Source: a virus (lineage: Duplodnaviria > Caudoviricetes). Taken from it: DNA of 64,000 nucleotides. Positions within the stretch are counted from its first letter, which is position 1; each line of letters begins with the position of its first letter. The translations under genes were made by a program, and so were the position numbers. Positions 9,175 through 19,143 of the stretch are shown piece after piece. The stretch is taken from IMG/VR virus record IMGVR_UViG_3300031555_003155. One strand, written 5' to 3'. The notes beneath the pieces were generated by a model. It saw nothing but the letters and a program-made list of their open reading frames with translations, was not told where the DNA came from and searched no databases.

Positions 9175-10068
9175 TTAATTAGTGGTTATAAAAGAATGAA
9201 ATCCTAAAGATTCTAATTCCGCTCGTACATTTATAGCATTTTGTTTTTTAGAAAAAGCTCCTACTTGAACTTTGTATAAATCGTTAACACGTCGAATATA
9301 AGCTTTGCCATAATTTATTCCTATATTACTTTTTAGTTTTCTAATAACTTTAAGATATTCTTTAGCCCCAGCTTCTCTACCATATGCACCGAGCTGTACA
9401 CGATAAAGTACTTTTTGTTCTTGTTTTAGTTCTTCTTTCTTTAAATATATGCACAATACATTATCTACTGGTCTATTAGTCAAATCGCGTGTAATCGAAT
9501 CACCATTTGCATCCAAGCATTTTGTACTACCACCACCATCTAAATTGATGGCATAATCACAACCTGCGTCGAGCATAATATCCTGACACTCATTTAAAGT
9601 TTTCCCTGGGTTTTCAACTAATAAAATGTATACATTTTCAGAATTATAACCTAATATAGTTCTTCTCGCTTTATAATTAATTTCATTAGCATATGAAATA
9701 TCAACTTTTTCTCGATTATCAATTAAGTTTGGAAACCCAGAAATAAAGTCAGTCCAATCTTCATAATCTAAACAACCGTATTTTAATGTATTATCCGGTA
9801 GCAAACCCATACCCCATCGATGTAGACTATAATTGGATTTAATTTCTTTATCATCCATATAATTGAATACAGTGTCACCTGTACTCATATTAAAAAATCC
9901 TGCATTTGTAATTATGTCAGGTTTAATAGTTTGTCTGTCATAGAAGTTTTTTAATGTCTCTCGCGGTTCTTTACATTTTGCAAAATCAATTTTTTCAATC
10001 TCATCTTTATCGATAATAATCAAATGTGAATTATCATGATAATTTTTAAGTACTGTCATACGAATCAT
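9175..10068 (-). CDS. phosphodiester glycosidase (NAGPA/DUF2233-like) with C-terminal SPOR domain
   Basis: NAGFF, ARRTILG, AINLDGGGS; C-terminal YRVQLGAY...YKVQVGAFSKKQNA SPOR repeats. Confidence 0.85.
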   Translation of the reverse strand: MIRMTVLKNYHDNSHLIIIDKDEIEKIDFAKCKEPRETLKNFYDRQTIKPDIITNAGFFNMSTGDTVFNYMDDKEIKSNYSLHRWGMGLLPDNTLKYGCLDYEDWTDFISGFPNLIDNREKVDISYANEINYKARRTILGYNSENVYILLVENPGKTLNECQDIMLDAGCDYAINLDGGGSTKCLDANGDSITRDLTNRPVDNVLCIYLKKEELKQEQKVLYRVQLGAYGREAGAKEYLKVIRKLKSNIGINYGKAYIRRVNDLYKVQVGAFSKKQNAINVRAELESLGFHSFITTN

Positions 10069-10089
10069 TTCCTTTCAGTCTTTATTTAA

Positions 10090-12042
10090 TTAGAGATTAA
10101 TAATATTACTAAAATACTCTTTCTTTGATGTCTTTATTGTCTCTAATCCTAAACTAGCTAATATTGGATAGAATTTTTTAAGTACATTATAAGCTAACGT
10201 ATCGTAGTCAATAAATTCTAATATCCAATCTGGTATTTTATCCAGATTTCTTGGAATTGCTATAACGGGCACACCTTTCGATGATATTCTTTTATCAGGA
10301 TGATTTAAAATATTTTTTTCTATAATATCATATATTTCACGGTTCCTGTATTTCAATTTTTGCAATTCACTCTCTTGTGTAAGAGTTAATTTAACAATAT
10401 CTACTTTTGCAGGGAGTTCTATGCTCATATCTGGGTGTAAATAATTCCATGTTATAATTGCCCTAACTCCTTGCTCTTTAAGAGGTTCAGTATATGCTCC
10501 TAACTCTTTTACTGATTTTGGAATAAGATAAGTTCTATCTCCATTTTCTAGAGATTTCATTATTTCGTTTTCAAATAGTTCTAAGTCTTGAAGGATTGTA
10601 GATATATTTATTTCTTTACTTTGAAGTACTCTCTTCTGTACTATATTCTGAAATCTGCTCTTTGTTTCTTCAGTTGCAGTAGATTTCATGAATTCATGTC
10701 CTTTTATATCTATCTTTTCTGGGAATATCTCATCACCCTCACGTAATCGTATACTAGATACATATTTCTTTTTCTTATTTGACAAAATCATTCTTGAAAA
10801 TAGGAACTCATTTTTCATATTAATTTTATCTCTATATTCTTCAGGAATATTAGCATTAAGTGTATATTTACCCAAAGAGTCACCTATCATATTGGTTATA
10901 ATATATGACATAGTATTTATAGAAATAAAACGAAGTTCTTCCCTGTCTCTATTTGAAAAATCATCATTTGGGTTTATTATTGTATTAAACATATATTCTA
11001 CCCAAGGATTTAAATTCAACATATTAGAATCAGTGTCTATAGTTATAACGCATTTTCTTTTATCATTCTTTAATCGCTGAATGCGGTTTATTGGGGAATG
11101 ATTATAAAATACGAAATCTTTATAATACTCCCACAATTCTTTTAAGTGTCCTTCAATGCTCTCAGGAACTTTATTTGGATCTTTAAATTCTGTACTATTA
11201 TAAATTATGCTTGTTAATATTTGTTGTATGATATCTATATTAGAAAATTCATATAGATTATTTTTATAATATATTTTATTTAAATCTATTTGACTTAATG
11301 AAGATAAATATTCATAAATGATCTCCGTGTACGAATCTCTATAATCATAAAACATATTTATGATTCGACTTAGTACACTGCTTATAGATACATCTGGCAA
11401 TATATTAACATCATGTGAATATTCTTCATCTAATATATTAGATATGAATGACATACACTCATTTATATTATTGAATGCAACATTATTAGCCATAAATGAT
11501 TCAAATGCCAATTCTGTTGTGCTTATCAATGACTGTCCTGTTCCTGTTACAGATGGAGCAGTATATTTATTATGAAGAAATGATATTGCATTTCCAAATG
11601 TTCCATAAATTGAGTTAGCATTAACTTTTTCAGACATCTGTTTTCTATCATATGTTTTATATTCATATGATGTTTTGTCTGGTATAAATCTAAGTTTTCC
11701 TTTGAACAATTTACGACTTGTTAAAAATTTTTGTATCATTATAGCTAACGGATTTATCACTTCATGTTGATTTTTATAAAATACACCAAATCCACCACAT
11801 ATAGGTTTAGTTGTTTTTACCCAATCATATACTTCTAATAATGAAGATTTAATACTAACATTAGCGTAGTTATTATCGATAATACACTCAGGGTTATTTA
11901 AATTATTTTTAATAATTTCATCTAAAAACAAATTAATTTCTTTTTTAGATATTTCGGGATGCATTCTTTTTAAAATCTTTCTAACTTTTCTTCTCCATTC
12001 AGTTATAAATATGTGTTTTTGTTGTTTACTCAATGAATTCAC
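10090..12042 (-). CDS. family B DNA polymerase, C-terminal half (motifs B and C, thumb)
   Basis: QMSEKVNANSIYG (motif B), TIDTDS (motif C), KKKY, IKG; no exonuclease domain or motif A. Confidence 0.85.
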   Translation of the reverse strand: MNSLSKQQKHIFITEWRRKVRKILKRMHPEISKKEINLFLDEIIKNNLNNPECIIDNNYANVSIKSSLLEVYDWVKTTKPICGGFGVFYKNQHEVINPLAIMIQKFLTSRKLFKGKLRFIPDKTSYEYKTYDRKQMSEKVNANSIYGTFGNAISFLHNKYTAPSVTGTGQSLISTTELAFESFMANNVAFNNINECMSFISNILDEEYSHDVNILPDVSISSVLSRIINMFYDYRDSYTEIIYEYLSSLSQIDLNKIYYKNNLYEFSNIDIIQQILTSIIYNSTEFKDPNKVPESIEGHLKELWEYYKDFVFYNHSPINRIQRLKNDKRKCVITIDTDSNMLNLNPWVEYMFNTIINPNDDFSNRDREELRFISINTMSYIITNMIGDSLGKYTLNANIPEEYRDKINMKNEFLFSRMILSNKKKKYVSSIRLREGDEIFPEKIDIKGHEFMKSTATEETKSRFQNIVQKRVLQSKEINISTILQDLELFENEIMKSLENGDRTYLIPKSVKELGAYTEPLKEQGVRAIITWNYLHPDMSIELPAKVDIVKLTLTQESELQKLKYRNREIYDIIEKNILNHPDKRISSKGVPVIAIPRNLDKIPDWILEFIDYDTLAYNVLKKFYPILASLGLETIKTSKKEYFSNIINL

Positions 12043-12156
12043 TCCCTGTTTATTTTAATTTATATAATGTTAATTATTATTTATATTTTGAAAAAATATA
12101 AAATCTAGAATAGAGGATTAATTACAACTTCCCCCATTCTAGACTTATAGTTTGTA

Positions 12157-12612
12157 CTATTTTTCATATTTATATATAACAACACCATCCGAATCACTAA
12201 ATACATCGTTAATGATATTATAAACGGTGTCCCAATCCCCTCCTCCTAATCCGCAGCCAATTCCATAAGGTATAGCTACGGTTTTGTTTTTAGATTTAAT
12301 AACCTCGAATCCTTTACGAAGTGCATCATAATCAGTATATTGTTTATTTGTACCATAATCATACTGCCCAAATATATTAGCTATAGTATTATGTCTTGTA
12401 TTTACAAATAAAACCGTACCCAATAAATCTTTACTATACTTACTTTTTTGACATTGTATAATATATGAGTAATATACTTCTGGGTATTTTACTCGTATTT
12501 GTAATCCAAGTCCTTTACCCATAACACTTCGACAATTAACTTGTTGACATATTATAGATTCTTTGGCATCGTTAAGTATATCACCATTGATTATAGGAAT
12601 CATATTATTCAC
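12157..12612 (-). CDS. macrodomain ADP-ribose hydrolase (Poa1p/DarG-like)
   Basis: GDIL, QQVNCRSVMGKGLG, IANIFGQ, AIPYGIGCGLGGGDW. Confidence 0.88.
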   Translation of the reverse strand: MNNMIPIINGDILNDAKESIICQQVNCRSVMGKGLGLQIRVKYPEVYYSYIIQCQKSKYSKDLLGTVLFVNTRHNTIANIFGQYDYGTNKQYTDYDALRKGFEVIKSKNKTVAIPYGIGCGLGGGDWDTVYNIINDVFSDSDGVVIYKYEK

Positions 12613-12624
12613 TCCTTTCTCTAT

Positions 12625-12634
12625 ATAATATATA
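12625..12634 (-). promoter_or_regulatory. early-type promoter motif TATATATTAT
   Basis: Upstream of macrodomain gene. Confidence 0.65.
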
Positions 12635-12694
12635 AATGTTTTCTATATACACAATTCATTTAGTATTTTAAGGTTATATTTTTATAGGATAACG

Positions 12695-12706
12695 AACAAA
12701 TATATA
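12695..12706 (+). promoter_or_regulatory. late promoter AACA-N6-TA
   Basis: AACAAATATATA upstream of 12735. Confidence 0.7.
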
Positions 12707-12734
12707 AAAAAATAATGAAAGGAAGTGTTATTCG

Positions 12735-13190
12735 ATGCTTTTTGGTAATGACGGTCACATTGACAACGAATACATTAGCACTGAATCAATGAACTATATC
12801 ATGGAAGCTGCTATGAGAGAGGGCTTAACTGATGAAGAACTTTCTATGTTCCTTGAGAACCAAACAGAAGTAAATGCTGCTCTTAACGAGAATATTCTTA
12901 TGGAGAAGACAATTGTGCGTTTAGATAAGAAAGCAAAATTATCTAAAGCTCACAAAATGGCTATCTTTACAATTGCTAAAGAAAAGAAAGATCCTAAATA
13001 TAAGAAGCTCGTTACAGTATGGAAAATGGAACGTTTCTTAGAAGCATACTTAGCAAAGAAGTACGGCAATGAAGCACTTCGTAGAGCTAAGAAAGCTGTT
13101 CAGAATTCTCAGAAGTCATCTTCAAGTATGGTTCAGAAAGCAGCTAACAAAGTTAAAACACAATTGAACGGTGATAAAGTTAAAAAGTAA
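12735..13190 (+). CDS. putative internal head protein (acidic propeptide, basic mature part)
   Basis: Late promoter; N-terminal ISTES/IMEAA/FLEN/LMEK sites followed by a Lys-rich helical region. Confidence 0.55.
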   Translation: MLFGNDGHIDNEYISTESMNYIMEAAMREGLTDEELSMFLENQTEVNAALNENILMEKTIVRLDKKAKLSKAHKMAIFTIAKEKKDPKYKKLVTVWKMERFLEAYLAKKYGNEALRRAKKAVQNSQKSSSSMVQKAANKVKTQLNGDKVKK

Positions 13191-13192
13191 TT

Positions 13193-13234
13193 AAATGGTA
13201 CTAAGCATAATCTATACTATGCTTAGTACCATTT
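13193..13234 (+). terminator. intrinsic terminator
   Basis: AAATGGTACTAAGCATA/TATGCTTAGTACCATTT stem plus T tract. Confidence 0.8.
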
Positions 13235-13238
13235 TATT

Positions 13239-13248
13239 TATATATTAT
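13239..13248 (+). promoter_or_regulatory. early-type promoter motif TATATATTAT
   Basis: Upstream of the polymerase exonuclease half. Confidence 0.65.
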
Positions 13249-13286
13249 CAAGATAGAAGTATTAGTTATGATATTATTTTATAATT

Positions 13287-13298
13287 AACATACTTCTA
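13287..13298 (+). promoter_or_regulatory. late-type promoter AACA-N6-TA
   Basis: AACATACTTCTA; second promoter for the same gene. Confidence 0.55.
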
Positions 13299-13325
13299 AT
13301 TCTACGATTTAGGAGGACAATAAAT

Positions 13326-15164
13326 ATGAAATTTTTGGGACCAAATGTAGACAAAGATAATATAATGCTATTAGATGTTTTATATCATAATGGTAATAAA
13401 GACACAGAATATACTGATTATATTGATATTATCTACAAGAATACAAAAAGTGGAGAGAAATTATTAAAAACTATAGAAAAGCCAGAAATAGAAATTTATT
13501 TCACTAAAGAAGAATATAGAGATTATGATTATAATAAAACTTTTATGGAATTGGACAAGACAGAAAAGCATACTGTTCCATATAAATCATTGCCATGGTA
13601 TATAGCAAAACAGGCTGGAGAACAATATGTATCTCAATTAAAAAATTATATAGAATTGGGTAAATATAGAGATATATCTAAAATTCATGCATATCCATAT
13701 GTATTTGGTTCAGATTGTCCTATAGATGCATTTTATAGAGTCAATTGGTTATTAGAATATGATAATGAAGCCGAGAAGAAAGTTACAAAACAATTTCTCG
13801 ATATTGAGGTTGATACAATAGATATTGAGGGCTTCCCAAGAGATGGAGAATGTCCTATTAATGCAGTAACTATTGTTGACGAAGAAGGTATGGCATGTTA
13901 TACATTCTTATTAAATAATCCCAATAATCCTTTAATAAAAGAATTTATAGATGATATAGATTCATTTATAGATGAACTGCATGATATGTTCGATGAATCC
14001 TATGGGGTGCTGGATTATCAGATATATATGTATGATGATGAAAGAGACCTAATAATTAGCACATTTAGATTAATCAATACATTGAAGCGCGATTTTATGT
14101 TAATATGGAATGGTGGTGGGTTTGATATACCATATATGATTGAAAGAATAAAAGTATTGGGGTTGAAACCTGAAGATGTTATGTGTCATTCTGACTTTCC
14201 TGTTAAACGATGTAGATTTATTAAAGATACTAAAAACTTTGCAGTCGCGAATAAAGGTGATTGTTTAAAATTATCATCATATACTAAATATATAGACCAA
14301 ATGATATTATATGCAGCAACACGTAAAGGACAAAGCGAACTTCGTTCTCATTCATTGAACTTTATAGCACAACATGAATTAAATGATGATAAGTTAAATT
14401 ATGATGATGAAGCAAACATCAAAACTTTACCATATAAAAATTATAGAAAATTTGTAGCATATAATATAAAGGACGTTTTGCTTCAATTTGGTATCGAAAG
14501 AAAAACTAATGATGTTGATGGACTTTATTTACGTTCATATTCAAATGCAACAGATTATGATAAAATATTCAAACAAACGGTTATGCTTAAATGTCGTGCC
14601 TATTACGAATTTTTATTACAAGGCTATATTATTGGTAATAATATAAACGTCTTTATACCGAATGATGGGGAAACTTTTGCTGGGGCAATAGTTGGAGATC
14701 CGATGTTAAATTCTCATACAGGAATATCGATATTTGGTAAAAAAAGTATGTTTGTCTATGATAATGTAACAGATATGGATTTCTCTGCAATGTATCCCCA
14801 TATAATTATTGCATTTAATATTGAAAGAAATACTATGATAGGAAAACTAATTATACCAGGTTTTGAAGAGGACAGATATGAGCATTTCTATATAACAAGT
14901 AATACGGCGACACAAACAGAAGATGATGAAGAAGAGGATGATGAAAACGATTCATTATCATCAACATATGATGCTGGTAAAGACTATGTGGATAATATGT
15001 TGTGTGGAGATGTTATTAGTTTAGGAACAAAATGGCACAATTTACCTGATTTTGAAACTCTATATATGGAATTCAGAAAACAGTATAATATAAAACCAAA
15101 AGACAGATTTTCATTATCTCGTATAACGAAAAAATTTATAGAAGCAATAAAAATTGATATATAG
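13326..15164 (+). CDS. family B DNA polymerase, N-terminal half (3'-5' exonuclease + motif A)
   Basis: ExoI FLDIEV, ExoII WNGGGFDIPY, ExoIII YNIKDV, FAGAIV, motif A DMDFSAMYPHII. Confidence 0.88.
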   Translation: MKFLGPNVDKDNIMLLDVLYHNGNKDTEYTDYIDIIYKNTKSGEKLLKTIEKPEIEIYFTKEEYRDYDYNKTFMELDKTEKHTVPYKSLPWYIAKQAGEQYVSQLKNYIELGKYRDISKIHAYPYVFGSDCPIDAFYRVNWLLEYDNEAEKKVTKQFLDIEVDTIDIEGFPRDGECPINAVTIVDEEGMACYTFLLNNPNNPLIKEFIDDIDSFIDELHDMFDESYGVLDYQIYMYDDERDLIISTFRLINTLKRDFMLIWNGGGFDIPYMIERIKVLGLKPEDVMCHSDFPVKRCRFIKDTKNFAVANKGDCLKLSSYTKYIDQMILYAATRKGQSELRSHSLNFIAQHELNDDKLNYDDEANIKTLPYKNYRKFVAYNIKDVLLQFGIERKTNDVDGLYLRSYSNATDYDKIFKQTVMLKCRAYYEFLLQGYIIGNNINVFIPNDGETFAGAIVGDPMLNSHTGISIFGKKSMFVYDNVTDMDFSAMYPHIIIAFNIERNTMIGKLIIPGFEEDRYEHFYITSNTATQTEDDEEEDDENDSLSSTYDAGKDYVDNMLCGDVISLGTKWHNLPDFETLYMEFRKQYNIKPKDRFSLSRITKKFIEAIKIDI

Positions 15165-15181
15165 GATAAGCGGGGAGAGAT

Positions 15182-15859
15182 GTGATTGTGAATATAGAAA
15201 ATATAACAATGGATATACCTAAAGGATTTTTAAAATCATTAAATGATTTTAATCAAGATATAAAAAATATATTTTCATCATATTATATATATCCAAGCGG
15301 ACTAGTTATATCGAAATCATCGAATGAATTATGTAAATTAGGAAATCATTTCTGTATAACCAATTATGTATTTTTAGATAAATATTTGAATTTTATAATA
15401 AATCTAGAGTCTGATGTTGTATTTAAAACAATTAAGGAATATAAAAAATATATAAAAACTATATCTATTAAGAATGGTAATATAGAATTGAATACAGATG
15501 ATTCAGATTTTGTTATAGGACGTATAATTGACTCAAATGGTATAGAGGCTACATCATTAAAGAATATATACTCGAGTGTTATATCTATTTCAGATAATAT
15601 TGTAGATAAAGACCCATATAGAATACAGATATCTGATGATGATATATTAGATTTAACAAAAAATGCATATAAAAATATAGTTTCCAATAAATATAGGTGT
15701 AGAATAACTAGAGAACTTATTCCGGGTCTAAAAAAGACTCATAAAATGGATATACATTTTAATGATAATATTGATGATGATAGATTATTTAATATGCATA
15801 TTGTTGTGGAACGATCTCAATTAAGAAGTTATCATAACTATGTATGTATATACATTTAA
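15182..15859 (+). CDS. hypothetical protein co-transcribed with DNA polymerase half
   Basis: 225-aa ORF with GGGGAG RBS. Confidence 0.65.
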   Translation: MIVNIENITMDIPKGFLKSLNDFNQDIKNIFSSYYIYPSGLVISKSSNELCKLGNHFCITNYVFLDKYLNFIINLESDVVFKTIKEYKKYIKTISIKNGNIELNTDDSDFVIGRIIDSNGIEATSLKNIYSSVISISDNIVDKDPYRIQISDDDILDLTKNAYKNIVSNKYRCRITRELIPGLKKTHKMDIHFNDNIDDDRLFNMHIVVERSQLRSYHNYVCIYI

Positions 15860-15863
15860 TACA

Positions 15864-15890
15864 AAAGACTGCGTATTTTTCGCAGTCTTT
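15864..15890 (+). terminator. intrinsic terminator
   Basis: AAAGACTGCG/CGCAGTCTTT plus T tract. Confidence 0.8.
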
Positions 15891-15917
15891 ATTTTTTTAG
15901 TTTACTTTAACGGTACG

Positions 15918-15929
15918 AACAAGACTATA
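15918..15929 (+). promoter_or_regulatory. late promoter AACA-N6-TA
   Basis: AACAAGACTATA upstream of portal. Confidence 0.7.
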
Positions 15930-15968
15930 ATGCTTTAACGATATAAATTATAAGAAAGGTTGTGATAA

Positions 15969-18209
15969 GTGATGGCTAGTAAATCAAAAAAACCTGACAC
16001 AGAACAGGAAAAGAAAAAACTTCTTGACCTGAATAACTTGTTTAGACAAACTGTTACAAGCATTTCACAAAGCATGGATGGGGTAGACACATCACGAGAT
16101 AATGAAATAGATATATTATCAACAAAAATTGATAATATAATATCTAATGAATTGAATAATACTAAAAGTATCACATCTGATGATATGTCAACATTTTTAG
16201 TTAAATTATTTAATGATTTTGACCAAAGAGATAATGTTGATAAAAAGGATATACAGGGTATATTTACTGATGAGTCGTCTGGGTTATTTCAATTCTTTCA
16301 GCAACGATATCAGAATAAGAACTTATTGTATGAAGACTTAAACATGATAACTCAGCAATTATTTGAATTGGATGAAGCGGTATTGACAACGCGTGATGCA
16401 ATAATAACATCCGATGATATATCTCAAACCATATCAAGAACTATTGGATTCACTAATGTAAATAAAGACGATAATGAATACAATACTTATATAAAAACAG
16501 TAGAAGAATTAGAACGTCGATTATCTCTTCCTAAAAAATTAAAAAATATGGTTATTCCAAATACATTAACATATGGCAATTACTATGTTTATGTATGCCC
16601 ATATTCAAAATTGTTTGAACAACAGTATGTCAATAAACTCAAAGATATAACAACAAGAGATACATTAAAAGAATCTATAACCGAAAGCTTTATTGCTGAA
16701 TTTAAAGAATCACCTGTAATTAAAAATTCAACATCAATATCAAATAAAGATTTAAAGAAACAATTCGAATCATATGCAGATGGTATACGTGTATATAATG
16801 ACATATATTCGATACCATTATTAGAAGGAACCGATTTGACTGCATTATTAGATACCGATAAATTTAATAAAAACAGAGATACAGCAATTAAAAATGCAGA
16901 AAAAGTTGCATCAGCATATGATGGCACTATTGATGTTGATAAAAAAGTTGAAGGAATGTTTGATGAGCAATCAGGTTGCTATATTAAATATATAGAACCT
17001 AAAAAAATGATACCTGTAAAAATTTTAGATACAGTAATAGGATATTATTATATCCATGATGTAGATTTTCAGGTAAATAAATCACCATTTTCAACATCAA
17101 TAAAAGTAACAAGTGGACTTCAACAAACAAATGAAGAAGTAGAAACTATGTTTTTATCAAAGATAACTGATAAAATAGTCGCTTCATTTGATAAGAAATT
17201 CTTAGAAAATAATATTAAATTTAAAGATATGATTTTAAACGCATTATTATATAATGATTTATATAAAAAACAAATAACTTTCCAATTTATTCCAGCAGAT
17301 TATGTCGTTGAATTTAAAGTAAACGAAGATGTCGATGGAAATGGTCAGTCTATACTTGCTAAATCATTATTCTATGCTAAATTATATTTAGCATTATTGA
17401 TATTTAAGATGATATCTATAATAACTCGTTCAAATGATACCAAAGTATATTATATAAAAAACAGCGGAATGGAAGCTAATATAACTAATAAAATCCAAGA
17501 AGTTGCCCGTTCTGTAAAAGGACGTCAAATAAACTTCATGGATTTATTAAATTATAATTCTATTATATCAAAAATAGGCGCATACAAAGAGATATTTATT
17601 CCCGTAGGCAGGAGTGGGGAACGTGGAATCGAATTTGATATATTGTCAGGACAGGATGTTCCATTAAATACAGATTTGATGGAAATGCTTAGAAGCAACA
17701 TGATAAATGGAACTGGGGTACCATCAGTAATAATGAATTATGTTAATGAGGCTGATTACGCTAAAACGCTTGTAATGGCTAACTCTAAGTTTGTCGGTCG
17801 TGTTGTTTCATTACAGATGGATATAAACCCATCAGCAACAGAGTTATATAAAAAGATTATGATGTTTTCTAATATTGGTATTCCGCCAGAAGCTATAGAT
17901 GGGTTTGTATATACACTTAATTCACCAAAATCATTAAATACAATGAATATGACAGATATGATATCGAACGCAGACCAAGTTGTATCAAATGCAATTAAAG
18001 CCAAAACTGGCGAGAATGCAGACCAAACTGATGATAATAATAAGATTAAAGATTTAATGTATAATAATCTCATTAGACAATACTTACCCATGATTAATTG
18101 GGCACTAGTAGATGAGGCTTATGAAAATGCACAAATTGAATTAACTAGACTAAAGAAACAAGCTGAAACTCAACAACCTACTGATGATAATCAAAATTCT
18201 AATTATTAA
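15969..18209 (+). CDS. portal protein (T4 gp20-like)
   Basis: SIITRSNDTKVYYI and EIFIPVGRSGERGIEFDILSG parallel the T4 gp20 RAPxRRVxY and DYWL..R...EVDTLPG blocks; GVPS motif. Confidence 0.8.
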   Translation: MMASKSKKPDTEQEKKKLLDLNNLFRQTVTSISQSMDGVDTSRDNEIDILSTKIDNIISNELNNTKSITSDDMSTFLVKLFNDFDQRDNVDKKDIQGIFTDESSGLFQFFQQRYQNKNLLYEDLNMITQQLFELDEAVLTTRDAIITSDDISQTISRTIGFTNVNKDDNEYNTYIKTVEELERRLSLPKKLKNMVIPNTLTYGNYYVYVCPYSKLFEQQYVNKLKDITTRDTLKESITESFIAEFKESPVIKNSTSISNKDLKKQFESYADGIRVYNDIYSIPLLEGTDLTALLDTDKFNKNRDTAIKNAEKVASAYDGTIDVDKKVEGMFDEQSGCYIKYIEPKKMIPVKILDTVIGYYYIHDVDFQVNKSPFSTSIKVTSGLQQTNEEVETMFLSKITDKIVASFDKKFLENNIKFKDMILNALLYNDLYKKQITFQFIPADYVVEFKVNEDVDGNGQSILAKSLFYAKLYLALLIFKMISIITRSNDTKVYYIKNSGMEANITNKIQEVARSVKGRQINFMDLLNYNSIISKIGAYKEIFIPVGRSGERGIEFDILSGQDVPLNTDLMEMLRSNMINGTGVPSVIMNYVNEADYAKTLVMANSKFVGRVVSLQMDINPSATELYKKIMMFSNIGIPPEAIDGFVYTLNSPKSLNTMNMTDMISNADQVVSNAIKAKTGENADQTDDNNKIKDLMYNNLIRQYLPMINWALVDEAYENAQIELTRLKKQAETQQPTDDNQNSNY

Positions 18210-18221
18210 ATAAAAAAAAAT

Positions 18222-18255
18222 TTCCCTATACTGGATTAATTTCCAGTATAGGGAA
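18222..18255. terminator. bidirectional terminator between portal and tail tube
   Basis: TTCCCTATACTGGA/TCCAGTATAGGGAA between convergent genes. Confidence 0.8.
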
Positions 18256-18270
18256 TTTATATTTAATTTA

Positions 18271-19119
18271 TTATTCGCTAGCGCCTTCGTTTGCTTTATC
18301 ATCCCAGTTGATGATTCTTGGTTTATAGTGATCATTAACATCCTGCTGTGTATATTCACTATTGAAATCAAGATAATCTCTCATTGTCTGGAATCTAGCC
18401 ATTAACGATTTGGCTACAGAGTTAATCTGTGGTGATTCGTACTTAACTGCACTAAATTCGCAATCAAGTGTAACGAGACCATGTGTACCAGATTCATAGT
18501 TGAACTGGTCTTTCTTAACCTGTTTAGGAATCATGTTTGTTAAAAGACATGCATACTCAACACCGTCTGAACGACCTGTTGGGTCTGTTGCAACATAAAT
18601 TGCTTCCATAACATGATTATGTTGTGAATATTTGATACTAGGATCCATATCCATAGCACCATGATAGTGTCCTAATCCTGTATATGGATCAGAAATACCA
18701 CTAATCCACATATCGAGATATTCTCTAACAGGTGAACCTGCGAATTCGTATAGTGAAATGGTAATAGCTTGTGTCTCATCTTTAGCAACAGTACCAACGT
18801 CAAACTGACGACCAGCGTAACCACCAGTAATCTGTTCTGTTTCTAAAGTTGTGTTACCTATACCATCGATTTTTGTAAATCCGTATTCTACTAAATGACG
18901 GAATCTTTTTGTCTGATCAGGAAGGATTTTCTGCATAAATACAGGCATTCTTAATAAGAAAATTCGATTATAACCAGTTTTTAACGGGTCATACTGTTCT
19001 AAGGATGACTGTGTTGCATTTAATCCGCCTAAGAATAATGAATAATTAGTTATAAATGAACTATCGTATTCTTTAATATTACTTTGTAATGTTCTTACAA
19101 TTTGCTTTTCTCCAGCCAT
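18271..19119 (-). CDS. tail tube protein
   Basis: Directly downstream of sheath; WISGISDPYTG-type tube motif; size fits. Confidence 0.75.
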   Translation of the reverse strand: MAGEKQIVRTLQSNIKEYDSSFITNYSLFLGGLNATQSSLEQYDPLKTGYNRIFLLRMPVFMQKILPDQTKRFRHLVEYGFTKIDGIGNTTLETEQITGGYAGRQFDVGTVAKDETQAITISLYEFAGSPVREYLDMWISGISDPYTGLGHYHGAMDMDPSIKYSQHNHVMEAIYVATDPTGRSDGVEYACLLTNMIPKQVKKDQFNYESGTHGLVTLDCEFSAVKYESPQINSVAKSLMARFQTMRDYLDFNSEYTQQDVNDHYKPRIINWDDKANEGASE

Positions 19120-19143
19120 TGTTTATTCGCTCCTTTCATTGAA

